Source: Azolla caroliniana (Eukaryota; Plantae; Polypodiophyta). From it: DNA of 64,000 nucleotides. A program made the position numbers and the translations under genes. The notes beneath the pieces are model-generated. The model searched no databases, was not told the DNA's origin, and was given only the letters and a program-made list of their open reading frames with translations. Where the stretch lies: NCBI GenBank assembly GCA_043228905.1, contig JBHGNT010000014.1, forward strand, positions 9,362,001 through 9,426,000, given 5' to 3'. Shown here one piece after another: positions 1 to 12,569 of the stretch. The first letter of the stretch is position 1. Every line of letters starts with the position of its first letter.

Positions 1-163
1 TCTGGATTATTGCGTGGCTACGTCCGTCCTCCATAGCAGCAACAATAGTAGTAGACAATTCTGAGAATGTGGAGCAGCAGGAGGGGGCCATCCGACAAGA
101 AGTATGTGGAGGAGGAGATGCAGCCGCTGGGCAGACGAAACAGTGGGGAACTGAATATCGGCT

Positions 164-203
164 GTTATGGTTATGGTTATGGTTATGGTTATGGTTATGG
201 TTA
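164..203. repeat. (GGTTAT)n hexanucleotide microsatellite upstream of the phytocyanin ATG
   Basis: Direct tandem repeat seen in the sequence. Confidence 0.9.
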
Positions 204-216
204 CAGTAGTAGTAGC

Positions 217-436
217 ATGATGATCATGGATCCACAGCAGCAACTGAGAGATATGCATCTGCTCTTATTTGTGGTGGTGCTCAGCACGGTGGCCCTGATG
301 GCACGTGGTGCGTATTCCGCTGATTTTGACGTCGGCGGTTCCGCTGGCTGGACCCTCCCCTCTGCTGCGGACGCGCTTAATTACACCTCCTGGGCCAACT
401 CTCAAATCTTCGTTGTGGGAGATGTTCTCTGTATGT

Positions 437-470
<34 letters not shown>

Positions 471-1014
471 CTAATTCCATATGATCGACCAAGATTTGTG
501 TGCTTTTTGAATACTCAAAGTAAGATCTAACGTTGATCTGTTTTGTGTGCATGTTTTTCTTGTGTTGCTGCGGGTGGTGGTAGATTTTAACTACAACAGG
601 GCGTATCACAACGTGATGGTGGTGAGGAGGACAAATTACGAGAGATGTGATGGTGCCAATCCCATCCTAAGCTACGATGATGGCTTCACTAACTTTACGT
701 TGAGTAGGCCAGGCACTTTCTACTTCATGTGTAGTGTGCCGTCCCACTGTGAGCTTGGCCAGAAGGTTGCCATTCATGTCCGGAAACACCCCCTTCAATC
801 CAGCAGCAGCAGCCCAAGCCCAAGCCCAAGCCCAAACATAAGCATTATTAGCCCCAACGCAGCAGCCACTCCCTCGTCGTCCTCCGCCAACAACAACTCC
901 CCTCCTCCCTTCGCTCCCAATGACAGCCGCCATTCCGCCGCCACGCCCTACAACCTCCACCTCATCTTCCTCGCTTCCATCATCATCTCTCTAATCCCAT
1001 TCCACCCACTTTAA
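217..1014 (+). CDS. Stellacyanin/mavicyanin-type phytocyanin (blue copper protein), 2 exons: 217-430 and 584-1014
   Basis: Signal peptide (LLLFVVVLSTVALMARGAYS). Plastocyanin-like domain DVGGSAGW..NYTSWA..F.VGDVL-YFNY..HNV..C..YFMCSVPSHCELGQK with His/Cys/His/Gln ligands. Ser/Pro-rich linker and hydrophobic C-terminal GPI-type tail. A phase-1 GT..AG intron joins the two ORFs in frame. The start could be ATG 217, 220, 226 or 253. Confidence 0.9.
431..583 (+). other. Spliceosomal intron (phase 1) containing a (TA)n microsatellite
   Basis: GTATGT donor at 431 and TAG acceptor ending at 583. Splicing gives T+AT = Tyr and restores the VGDVL-YFNY motif at the usual phytocyanin intron position. Confidence 0.88.
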
Positions 1015-2397
1015 ACACCACCTCTGCTACTTACTACCCCTCTTATCCTTCTTCTTCTTCTTCTTCTTCTTCTTCTGCATGCATCTTCATCATCATCATC
1101 ATTCTACACCCCCCCCTACAACAACACATGCACTCCCACTCCCATTCCTTTCTTCTTGGTATGGACGCTACTCCTGTCTACTCATACATACATACATGCA
1201 TACATACATACATACTTATCTTCTTCACCATGCTTCCTAATCAATGTTTTGATATACCATGTTCGACTAATTAATGACATCACTATGTACTGCTCAAGAA
1301 TGTGTTAATCAATGCGTTGTTCCCATTCTTCCTTCTCAACACATACATATATGTATGCATCACATACATCATCATTGAGAACTCCAACTCATCTCGATTT
1401 TTATCATCCTCTATCACGCCATATTTTCTTCAACTTATGTACTTCCAGCAATAGATAAAGTCTAGTACTTCTACTAATGTCTTGTGTTCGTCTCGACTGA
1501 TATATATATATATATATATATATATTCTTGCATAGCTTTTCCAATCATAATGTTGAAGTTTAATATTGATTAATATAAGTGCACGTTTATTATTTGCCAA
1601 CTTTACTTTGGAGATAAACCTTAGCTGGCAGGTAATTAGTAGAGCTGCACAGTGTAATTGGCCACTTACGATCCTTCCATCGATGCTTCAAATCTGTTAG
1701 GTGGATTTTCAATTTGCGTTTGGCGCAGGTGGACGCATTATGTTGTGAGCGACAAGCAGTGCAGGACAAGAAAGAGCCTAGTAAGCAATCACCCGGCGGG
1801 CATTAAACACTGTTTCAAACGAGAAGTGTCAGTCCAAATTATCCTTAGCAGTCATGGAGAGGCCGATAATGGCTTGCTTCATTCTTATATGCGCGGAATC
1901 GGGATCAATCAAGTAGACAACACAGGAATTGATAAATGTAACAAGAGAAACAGAGCACACAATATTTTAACGTGGAAAACTACGGGACCCTTCGGGTAAG
2001 AGAACTTCCACTACACCACATGCCGTTATAACCTCCCTAGATATCACTAGGGGAATATCCAAAACATCAAGGCAACAAACTTGACAACCAACTTTATCCA
2101 ACAAATGGATGGAAAGACAAAACATCACAAAAATATAAAACCCTAGAACTTTATTTGCTGCTCAATCAAAGTTCATGTGGCTATCATTTGGGATAGAACA
2201 ACCTTTGACGCCACTTCGCTAACAAGGTCTTCTCTTACGGTCCTGTATATCTCTTCTTTCTGCCTCTCTATATAATCGTGCCCTAACTAGTTTCACCTAT
2301 ATATAGATAGATAGATCAATAGATAGATATACTTTCGGTCTTACGGCCCTCTTTTTTCTCCCACGATGAGCGAAACAAAACACAACAAACTCCCCCT

Positions 2398-3546
2398 TCA
2401 CTCCTGTATGGGAGAATCAACCAAACCCACTCTCATGTGACAAGCAACAAGCTTTTCCATAGGCAACGTCTTCGCCAACATGTTTGACCCATTGTCATTG
2501 GTGTGGATCTTCACTAAGGTAAAGTCACCATCTTCTACTCTCTCTCGTAACCAATGAAACCTTCTCTGTATGTGTTTGGTTTGAGAATGATACGCAACAT
2601 TATTGGCAAGGTGAATGGCACTTTGATTGTCACAATGAAGTAGGAACTTGTCTTGCTTCACTCCTAACTTAGTCAAAATCCCTCTCATCCAAATCAATTC
2701 CTTACCAGCCTCAACTGCAACCATATACTCAGCCTCTGTGGTTGACAAAGCCACATTCTTTTGCAATCTCGATTTCCATAACAAAGCTCGCCCTGCATAT
2801 GCTATTACATAACATGACGTGGATCAGTCAAAATCTGTAAAGCCATTAAGCATAGGTTCTCCGGGACCATATCTTAGGGATACACCCGAGGTGCCTTTAA
2901 GGGACATGAGAATCCACTTAACTGCAACCTAATGTTCCTTTCCAGGATTGCTCATGAATCTGCTGACACGACCTAGTGTAGACCATGGCATACATCAAAC
3001 TACCCACAACTAACGCATAAGGCACCTTCTTCATCTCTGCTTTATCTTTCTCACTCTTCGAACTCTAACCAGATTTTACCATCAAGTTCAATGGTAGTGT
3101 ATAACCAATGGGTTTGGCCTTATCCATGTTAAACCTGCAAAGCACTCTTGTCACATAGGTCTCCTATGACAACCACAACATGTTTTTCGTCCTATCCTAT
3201 ACTATGTGCATCCCCAAAATCTGTTTTACAGGACTTAAGTCCTTCATAGCAAAGGACTTGCTCAGACCTTTCTTTAAGCTCGCAATCTTGTTAGCATCAT
3301 GACCCACAACCAACATATCATCCACATAAACCAAAAGAATAAGAAAATCATCTTGATGGTACCTCTTCCCAAACCCACAATGATCAGCTTGTGTCTTATG
3401 GAATTCATGCTGTGTCATGAACGATTAGAATTTCTTGTACCATTGTCAAGGAGCTTGTTTCAAACCATATAAGCTCTTCCTCAATCTGCGTACAAGATTC
3501 TCTTTCCTCTTGATCTCAAAACCCTCAGGTTGCTCCATGTATATCT
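2398..3546 (-). pseudogene. pol: Copia RT/RNase H remnant of element A
   Basis: ORFs 2398-2784 and 3197-3418 with copia RT/RNase H motifs, broken by stops and frameshifts. Confidence 0.85.
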
Positions 3547-3684
3547 TGTCAGGAACAGTACTGAGACAGAGAAGGAATTAGTACTAAACGAAGGATTAGT
3601 ACTAGGAGAGGTGTAGAACTTCTTCGAGAGAAGGAAGGAGTGAGCAAGACGGGGAGAGAGAGAGAGATCGAGAGAGAGAGAGAG

Positions 3685-5615
3685 AGTCACGGATCATAAA
3701 CTCAAGAGACAAGCAAGAAGATAACCAAATGGACAAGAAAGAAGATAGTATTAAAGGAAAGACTCCATAATTGGTGTTGTTCACCTTGAATTCCTTCAAG
3801 GTGAACTCCTCTATTTATACTACATGGCATGCATACTTGTTGCACGCATGTGAATCTACAATAGAGCATGTAGGTATGCATGCATGTGCCAAGTGTAAAT
3901 ACTACAAGGGAGCAACTATGCACATGATGCTAGCAAAATAATAAGGACCAATTACATACATAACTAGTACTAGATATCTTGGTTAACTCATAATACTAGA
4001 TTATAACATGGTCGTGTCAAGAGTTCGAATCTTGACATTATCCCCCCTCTTACGCCGCCTTCCCAAATCGGCCGCTGGTTTGTGGGGATATCGGTGATGA
4101 AAATCTTGGACGACCTCTGGGGCATTTTGTAAATTTGCCGATGGTTCCCATGTGGCCTCAGACATGGGGTAAACCCTCCATAGGATGAGGTATTGCAAGT
4201 GTCGACGGTGCCAACGCGAGTCAAGGATTTGGTCGACCTCGTATTCCTCCCCTGTCGTCAATTGCACAGGTGGTGGTGGTGGGGCTTGACGTCCTGGGAG
4301 TTGTGAAGCATAATGGGGTTCGAGGAGGGAGACATGAAAAACATCATGAATCCGGAAGTGGGATGGAAGGGAGAGCCGGAAGGCGACGGGATTGATGCAC
4401 TCGATGATACGGAATGGTCCCAACTTCTTGTAATCAAGTTTCGCACATGGACGAGTAGTAGAGATGTGTCGACGTAACAACCAGACCATGTCTCCAACGA
4501 CAAAGTGTGGAGTGGAAGATCGATGGCGATCAACCTGCTTCTTGTATCATTCACTAGCAAGACTAAGCTCCAAGGATAAATCATGATGTACTTCTTCCAA
4601 AATGCGGGCGCGATCCTCCGCCGAAGGGTTCACGGAAGTGGTAGCAAGGGAAATGTTGAAGCGAGGATGTAAACCGTAGTTGGCAAAGAAGGGAGTGACG
4701 CCAGTCGATGCATGGAGAGAATTATTGTAGGCGAATTCCGTGAGCGAAAGTAAGTTGACCCAATCATCTTGTTGGTAACTAACCGAGCACCGAAGATACT
4801 GCTCAAGGATTTGGTTGACACGCTCCGTTTGCCCGTCAGTTTGGGGGTGATAAGGTTTCTACCAATGGTGCAAACCAAGCTTGGGCCGGACCGGAGAGAA
4901 GGGTGCCCACAAGGCCGACTTGTCGAAGACCATCTCCATAACGTTGAGGTTGTAGCCAAATGATAAGTCGAACTTGGTTGATGAACCCTTGGAAATGCGA
5001 CCTCGTTCCATCAAATTTTTCGGCGGAGGATCGGGCTCTAGGCTAGGTTGTTGTGGGAGACTAGGGTTCGGGGGTTGTGAGGATAGGGAGGTACCGACTT
5101 GAAGTTCTTGTAAAGAATTTCGAAGAGCTTCATTTTCAAGCTGTAGTTGTCGTAAGGCTACCATTATTTGGCCTAACTCACTAGTTGAGTCGGACATAGC
5201 AATGGCTTATGAGAGGGAGAGCTATGAGGATGGGAAGGTGAACAAATTGTCATGGATCATAAACTCAAGATTCGAACTCTTGACACGAACATGTTATAAT
5301 CTAGTATTATGAGTTAACCAAGATATCTAGTACTAGTTATGTTTGTAATTGGTCCTTATTATTTTGCTAGCATCATGTGCATAGTTGCTCCCTTGTAGTA
5401 TTTACACTTGGCACATGCATGCATACCTACATGCTCTATTGTAGATTCACATGTGTGCAACAAGTATGCATGCCATGTAGTATAAATAGAGGACTTCACC
5501 TTGAAGGAATTCAAGGTGAACAACACCAGTTATGGAGTCTTTCCTTTAATACTATCTTCTTTGTTGTCCATTTGGTTATCTTCTTGCTTGTCTGTTGAGT
5601 TTATGATCCGTGACA
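3685..5615 (-). mobile_element. Element C: 1.9-kb internally deleted chromovirus with inverted LTRs, inserted in the (GA)n tract of B's 3' LTR
   Basis: LTR 3685-4037 (minus) followed by a PPT, and LTR 5263-5615 in the opposite orientation (same spurious 73-aa ORF on opposite strands). The gag start (5197) is fused near 4855 to the integrase C-terminus plus chromodomain (4001-4489). Flanked by GAGAG. Confidence 0.88.
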
Positions 5616-5850
5616 GAGAGAGTGATGATAAGAAAGATATGTATTATATGAAGAGAATATACAATGGTGGCTAAAAGGCTTAAGACTGGCGTTGAACCAA
5701 TTTGGTTCAACATAATGCCTAGTGCCCTCTTTTATAGTGTTTTCAGGAGTAATCTTGAAGCTTCTAGAATGTTCCAGATAAATCTGGAATATACACTAAT
5801 TTCCTATAATAAAATGTAAATGAAAATAATATCCTACATATTACAATAGA

Positions 5851-5905
5851 TGGTCTAATGGTCAAGAGCTCGACCCATATAATCTAAGGTCATGGGTTCG
5901 AGTCT
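5851..5905 (+). promoter_or_regulatory. tRNA-like Pol III A box/B box pair in the B-family LTR (other copies at 16744-16798 +, 44853-44906 -, 49863-49916 -)
   Basis: TGGTCTAATGG and GGTTCGAGTC start 44 nt apart, with an AGGTC variable-loop-like motif. No acceptor stem, so not a functional tRNA. Confidence 0.6.
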
Positions 5906-5934
5906 TGACATATCATGATACTATCCCCCTTTTA

Positions 5935-6923
5935 AAATGATGAGTGTCACGAGTCGTCTTGGATTGAGGACCCGGTTTGTGTGGATATTGACGATGGAAG
6001 TCTTAAAGAAGAGCACGAGCATTGGTCACATTCTCGATCGGTTCCCAAGTACGTTCGCTGGGACTATAGCCTAGCCAATCGACTAGATAGTAGAGCTTGT
6101 TGCGAACAATCTTGGAATCAAGGATGGCGGCAACCTCGTACTCCGGCCCATCTTCAAGCTCGATCGGGGGTGGAGGTTGGATAAGACGTCTTGGGATGGT
6201 GCTCTCGTGGTAGGGTTTGAGGAGAGAACTATGAAACACCGGATGTATCCGAAGTTGAGGAGGTAGATCGAGATGAAAAGCGACATCATTAATCTGTCCA
6301 ATCATACGGAAAGGACCTAATCGCCGATAATCCAACTTCTCACATGGGCGAGTAGTCTTGATGTGTTGTCGTAGCAGCCACACCCGATCTCCAATATTAA
6401 AACTGGATGGAAGTCAATGACGATCCGCGTAGACCTTGTGTGTTTGTTGAGCTTGCTGGAGATGAGTAGATAAATCCGCTTGTATCTTGCGTAACCGCTC
6501 CAAACGATCCTCCGCGCACGGATTTGTGGACACCTCTAGGGTTTCAAGTACACTCCACTGGGGGTGACATCCTGTATAAGCATAAAATGGCGTAACTTTA
6601 GTGGATGCGTGGATAGAGTTGTTATAGGCAAATTCGACGAAGTGGAGAATATCTGCCCAGTAGTCTTGATGATAACTGAGAAAGCACCGCAGATACTGCT
6701 CCAGCGTTTGATTTGTTCATTCAGCTTGGCCATCGGTTTGTGGGTGGTAGCCGGAGGAGAGGTGACAAGAGACCTTGAGCATGTTAAAAAGGTGCTTCCA
6801 GAATTTTGATATGAACTGGGGTCCACGGTCGCTGATGATACTATCGGGAAGTCCATGATGCCGACATACTTCACGCATGACAATTTCGGCAGTGTCTTCA
6901 CTGGAGATCTCCTTAGTACATGG
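5935..6923 (-). pseudogene. pol: Pol of element B, 3' part (integrase core and chromodomain)
   Basis: SDRGPQF, HPQTDGQ, GPF motif and chromodomain in ORF 6003-6383. Confidence 0.88.
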
Positions 6924-9900
6924 TGTTGAGAGACAAGCTCAACATCGGCCGGATCGGCTGAAGAAGCCGAGGACCAGATCGGTTGGGACCGATTAGTTAG
7001 GCCGAGTGCGTAAACCGCGAGGCCGTTAGGAAAGATATTCCGTGAGGAATATATTTGGGAGTTAGTGTAGGAGCTCTTAAAGAGCATTGAAGTACGGTCA
7101 GTACTTCGGTCAGTCCTTCGAGGACTTGTACAAAAGTGTTCATGGAACACACATATGTATAGAGTAGTGAATCGAGAACTTTTGTTGTCGAATATAGTTC
7201 TTCTTTCTCTCTCTGTCTCTCCTGAGTATACTACGTAAGCTCAAGCTCTCCGTTAAACCTGAGTTTTCTATCTTCTGTTCGGTCTTCATACTTGCTTCCG
7301 CACGCTACTTTCTACATGGTATCAGAGCGCGAGGGTTGAGAACCTCTCTGCAACCGACACAGTGACGAAGAAGAACAAGAAGAACGATGGATAGAGGCAT
7401 GGCGAGCTTGCTTCCAACAGAGAAGCTCGACAGAACGAACTACACGTCTTGGTCCTACAAGATGCACCAGTACCTGCTCGGGCACGGCTACTGGAGTTAT
7501 GTCGAAGGAGCTAATGACGTGGCACCCGAATCGACACACAGAGACTTCCCGTCGTGGGAGCAATCGGCGAGCAGGGTATTATACTGCTTCGCGTCGTGTG
7601 TGGGCAAACAACTATTGAGCTATGTCCGGGATGCAAAGACGCTGAAGGGTGCGTGGGAAAATCTGAAGAAGATTTTCGCCGCGAGCACCACAGCCAGGAA
7701 GCTCCAGCTCCGACAGGAGTTGAGCAACCTACGACAATGCGACTTGTCGGTGGCGGACTATACATCGAAGATCAAGGATATCTGCGACTCCCTCGCCTCC
7801 ATAGAGGTGAACATCGAGAAGAGCGAGATGGTCCAGATCTGTCTCGGAGGTTTGGCGTCGAAGTTCGGAGCGTTCCGAACGGCTGTGTGTACCCGGGAGA
7901 ATACGCCGCCCTTTTTCGACTTACAGTCGATGCTCTTGGTAGAGGAGAACCACGCGGGTGCGTCGACGAACACGCACACCGACAGCAAGATGTTGTACAC
8001 GGAGGGAGAAAGGCCCCGTGGTCGTGGCGGACGAGGCGAGTCGGTACGCAAGGGAAGCGGCCAACGACATCAAGGAAGAAGGCACCGAAGTGATGTGGAC
8101 AGCAACTCCGAACCCTCCGGAAACAGGGGGAGTCAAAGCGATGAGAACCGGCAAGGGAAGGCCATCGCAGAGTGCTAGTACTGTGGCAAGAAAGGCCACA
8201 AGGAAAGTGAGTGCTGGAAGAAGTGGGCTGATTCGGAGAGAACCGGTTCCGGAAACGGCTCCGGACATACCGACAAGAGAAATCGGCAGCGATCGCACTA
8301 CGCCGAAGACTCCGGGAGAGCCGAAGAAGGGTCTGCCTTCGTGACGAGACACGAAGTAAACTCAATGAAGTAGACCACCCTGAGATCGGACGAGGTGTGG
8401 TACGTAGACTCCGGCGCGTCAAACCACATGACGAGCCATAAGGAGTGGTTCTCGTACCTTGAAAAACCGATACAACCTGGAGTAGTCGCAACTGGAGACG
8501 ACACTCCGCATCCGATCGCGAATGTCGGAGAAGTTCCCCTTAGTCATGTCGGGTAGAAAGGGAAACTCATTAACGTGCTGCACGTCCCAACAATCACGAA
8601 GAACTTGGTCTCGGTCTGACAGATCGTCGACCAAGGGATGGAGGTTCAGTTTACACACCTCGGGTGCTTCATTGAGGAAGAAGGCCGTGTGATTGCGCAA
8701 GGGCGCAGAGACGGGAGGATGTTCATCCTCGACTCCATTGACGGCGGCACCGCAATGTTCGTGAAGGGAAGAAAAACTGAGTCGGACATCGACTTGTGGC
8801 ACAAGCGGATAGGCCACGTCAACTACCAACGGCTTCAAGATCTGCAATCGAAACAGGTAGTGTTCGGATTGCCCAAATTTAGTGGCCGAAAGGCACAAAT
8901 TTCTGAAGCCTGCCAGCTCGGGAAGCAACACCGACTTCCTTTCCCCAACGAGCGAAACCGGAGCCGGAACAAGCTCGACCTTATACACTCCGATGTGTGG
9001 GGGCCGGCACAAAACGTTAGTCTTGGCGGGAGCCGATATTTCGTCTCCTTCATCGACGACCACACGCGGCACACGTGGATCTACCTCATTGAGAGGAAGA
9101 GCAAAGTCTTCGACTGTTTCCGTGACCTCAAAGGGTTCGTGGAAACGGAAACGGGACGAAAGATCAAGTGCTTGCGGACGGATGGAGGAAAAGAGTACTT
9201 TTCCGGTCAATTCAACGGTTATCTACAACAAATGGGAATTCGACGCGAATTCAGTTGTAGATACACACTAGAGCAGAACGGCGTGGCCGAGAGGAAGAAT
9301 TGGTCAGTTGTGGAAGCGGCACGGGCAATGTTGGAGGAGAAGAGCTTGCCCAAGTTTTACTGGGCCGAGGCGGTAAGGACCACGGTGTACATCCAGAACC
9401 GGATCGGAGACAAAGTGTCGGCGCACGAGCTATATTTCGGAACGAAGCCGAACTTGCGACACTTGAGAGTGTTCTGTAGCATTGCGTATGTGCATGTACC
9501 GAAGGAGAAAAGGAGGAAGCTGGACGCAAAGGCCGAGAAATGCATCCTTGTCAGTTACTCGGACGAGCAGAAGGGTTTCAAGTGCTATAACCCTCGCACC
9601 AAACAAGCGCGTGTTAGCCGCGACGTTGTGTTTGACAAGTCCGTGACCTGGTACCAACCCCCGACTCCGAACCCCGACTCCAATCCGAGCTCTGACGATG
9701 AGGTCAGCGAGGCCGAGATGCCTCCGGATGAGCCCGAAATCGAGACCCGCGAAGAGAGTCCGATTTCACTCCGTTTAAGTGGACCAAGTGGACGACTGAG
9801 TCGGTACGACCAGTCCGATGAAGAGCCGGCGAGCAGTGGAGACTTGGCCATGCATTCCCCGCGCAGGAAGCCGAGGAGACGGCTTACGCGCAAAGAGAAA

Positions 9901-12564
9901 GGGAAGAAGAAGGTGTCGGATTCTGGCACGGATAGGAACGAGTCAGACCGACGCGAGTCCGACTCCGAGGGAACCGGTGACGGGTCTTTAAAGGTGAAGA
10001 CCGCGTCGACCGAGAAGGCCTCGACATCGGCTAATGAGAGATTACGCCGATCTACCCGCCAGAAGAATCCTGTTTTGCGGTTCGGATACAACGAGTACAT
10101 GGCGCATCATTATGCGTAAATGACCCGTGTAGCGGAAGTGTGTGAGCCGGAGAGCTACGCAGAAGCGGCTAAAGGTGCGAATTGGCGTGCCGCGATGGAG
10201 GAAGAGATGCACGCATTGGCAGAGAATGAGACCTGGGACCTGGTTGGCGCACCAACAGGGGTAAAACCGATCGGGTGTAGGTGGGTGTACAAGGTCAAGT
10301 GCAACACCGATGGCTCGGTCAACCGGTACAAGGCTCTGCTAGTGGCAAAGGGCTACGCGCAGAAACACGGCATCGACTACGATGAAACATTTGCGCTAGT
10401 CGCGAAAATGACGACCGTCCATGTTTTGCTCGTAGTAGCTGCGGCCAAGGGGTGGCACCTACATCAGATGGATGTAAAGATTGCGTTCTTGCAAGGTGAC
10501 CTTGAGGAACAGGTGTACATGGTACAACCTCCCAGATTTCACTCTGCAACGAACTCCTCGGCAATATGCCGACTGAAGAAGTCCCTTTACGGACTGAAGC
10601 AAGCCCCGTGTGCCTGGAACGCGAAGATCACGCAACAACTGCGTCGGATGGGCTTCGTCACGTCAAAATCGGACTCTTCCATGTTCATCCGGAAAGGTCG
10701 ACTTGGGCCGGTTAGTATTTTACTATATGTTGATGACTTGATCATCACCGGCGCCGACCTACGTGAAATCGACCGCGTGAAGCTCTAACTTGCGGCATCG
10801 TTCGACATGAAGGATCTAGGGGACCTTCATTACTTCCTCGGGATCGAAATGATCCGTACCCCCGAAGGCATATTGATCAACCAACGTCATTACGTGCTGA
10901 GTATGCTCTTCAAATTTGGGATGGCCGACTGTAAGTCCGTCTCGACTCCTGTTGACAGAACCGTCAAGCTTCGTCCCGATACGGGAAAGGTATGCGACCC
11001 GATGAGGTTCCGACAAATTGTCGGAAGCCTCATATACTTGACCATCACCCAACCCGACCTCAGTTATCCGGTCGGAGTGATCAGTCAGTTCATGGCGTGA
11101 CCTACCGAGGAGCACCTTCAGTGTGCGCAACGCATACTTCGGTATGTCAACGGCACTAAGGACCGGTGCAGCCGTGCAGTTAGTCGGCTACACCGATGCT
11201 GATTGGGCTGGCAACGCCGCCGATCGCCAATCCACGTCCGGATACACGTTCTTCCTCGAGAGTGCTGCGATCGCGTGGAGCAGTAAGAAACAGCCGACAG
11301 TTGCACTGTCGAGCACCGAAGCTGAGTACCGAGGAGCGGATGTCGCGACATGCGAAGCCATATGGTTGAAGCGGCTACTTAAGGACCTGCAAGAGGAGGT
11401 GTCAGATCCGACGACGATCTACTGCGACAACCTCAACAACATCCAGCTCGCGAAGAACCCCGTTTTCCACGCACGGACCAAACACATTGAGGTGCACTAC
11501 CATTTCGTCCGTGAGTGTGTCCTTTCCGATGAAGTCGAACTTCAGTACGTTCCGACGGATCGGCAGACTGCCGACATTTTCACCAAGCCTCTTGGTCTGG
11601 ACAAGTTGCGGCAATTCTCAGGTGCGCTCGGATTGCGTCACCTCGACGTGCCAAACTTGAGGGGGAGAACAGTCCCGGACGACCAAGCAAGGCAGCAGGA
11701 AAGGAACGGAGACCGCGACACCACCGAGTCGGTTGACTCGGTTGTCAAGTTCGACTTCGGATCGGCTGAAGAAGCCGAGGGCGGACCCGCGGAAAAGTTC
11801 AGAAGAGGGCAGAAGGGGAGAAATCGAAGGAGAGAGCCGAAGCCAACCACGCATGGGGAAGATGACGCCACCGAGGGTGAGAAGACCGAGGACGAGTTGG
11901 AGACACCGAGGTAGCCGAGTCGGTTCGGATGTTTGATTCAGACACGTTGAATCAACCGAGGCCCAAGCGGAAGAAAAGGCAGCAGGAGAAACGTCAACAC
12001 CGCAACAACAGAAGAGCTGATAAGGGCCGCATGAGCAGACAAGCCGACCGGAAGGGTCGAAGCGCGCGGAGTCGAACAGGTCGAGGAGCGCGAGCGAGGC
12101 GTGAAGCCAGGAGGAACCGGAGCTGTGAGCCCGAGGATCCCGAAGAGCCTCGAGTTGAGCTTGAGGGGGAGTGTTGAGAGACAAGCTCAACATCGGCCGG
12201 ATTGGCTGAAGAAGCCGAGGACCGGATCGGTTGGGACCGATCGGTTAGGCCGAGTGCGTAAACCAGGAGGCCGTTAGGAAAGATATTCCGTGAGGAATAT
12301 ATTTGGGAGTTAGTGTAGGAGCTCTTAAAGAGCATTGAAGTACGGTCAGTACTTCGGTCAGTCCTTCGAGGACTTGTACAAAAGTATTCATGGAACACAC
12401 ATATATATAGAGTAGTGAATCGAGAACTTTTGTTGTCGAATATAGTTCTTCTTTCTCTCTCTGTCTCTCCCGAGTATACTGCGTAAGCTCAAGCTCTCCA
12501 TTAAACCTGAGTTTTCTATCTTCTGTTCGGTCTTCATACTTGCTTCCGCACGCTACTTTCTACA
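6924..12564 (+). mobile_element. Element G: complete Ty1/copia inserted in B's integrase
   Basis: TSD CATGG at 6919-6923 and 12565-12569. 393-bp LTRs at 6924-7316 and 12172-12564 (TG..CA, about 11 differences by eye). tRNA-iMet PBS TGGTATCAGAGC at 7317-7328. PPT at 12161-12171. Confidence 0.96.
7387..11914 (+). pseudogene. gag-pol: Gag-pol of element G
   Basis: Gag (MDRGMASLLPTEKLD), CCHC knuckle, WYVDSGAS protease, integrase (HSDVWGP, RTDGGKEY), RT (LYVDDL) and RNase H. Several premature stops (e.g. 8176, 8371, 10117, 10786) and a frameshifting deletion near 11165. Confidence 0.92.
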
Positions 12565-12569
12565 CATGG

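Noticed and set aside
1658-1999. 113-aa ORF as a host gene
   Set aside because: TTG start, no recognisable motif, and it runs into the LTR of element A.
3702-5598. Duplicated 73-aa ORF (MHSCSLVV..) as a small gene
   Set aside because: It is simply the translation of the two inverted LTRs of element C and has a non-ATG start.
5846-5915. Functional tRNA gene
   Set aside because: A and B boxes are present but there is no acceptor stem or proper anticodon arm, and the sequence is part of a repeated LTR.
7772-9210. Long antisense ORFs over copia gag-pol (also 29367-29921 and 55699-56604)
   Set aside because: Expected shadows of GC-rich coding sequence, with no independent start, motif or promoter evidence.
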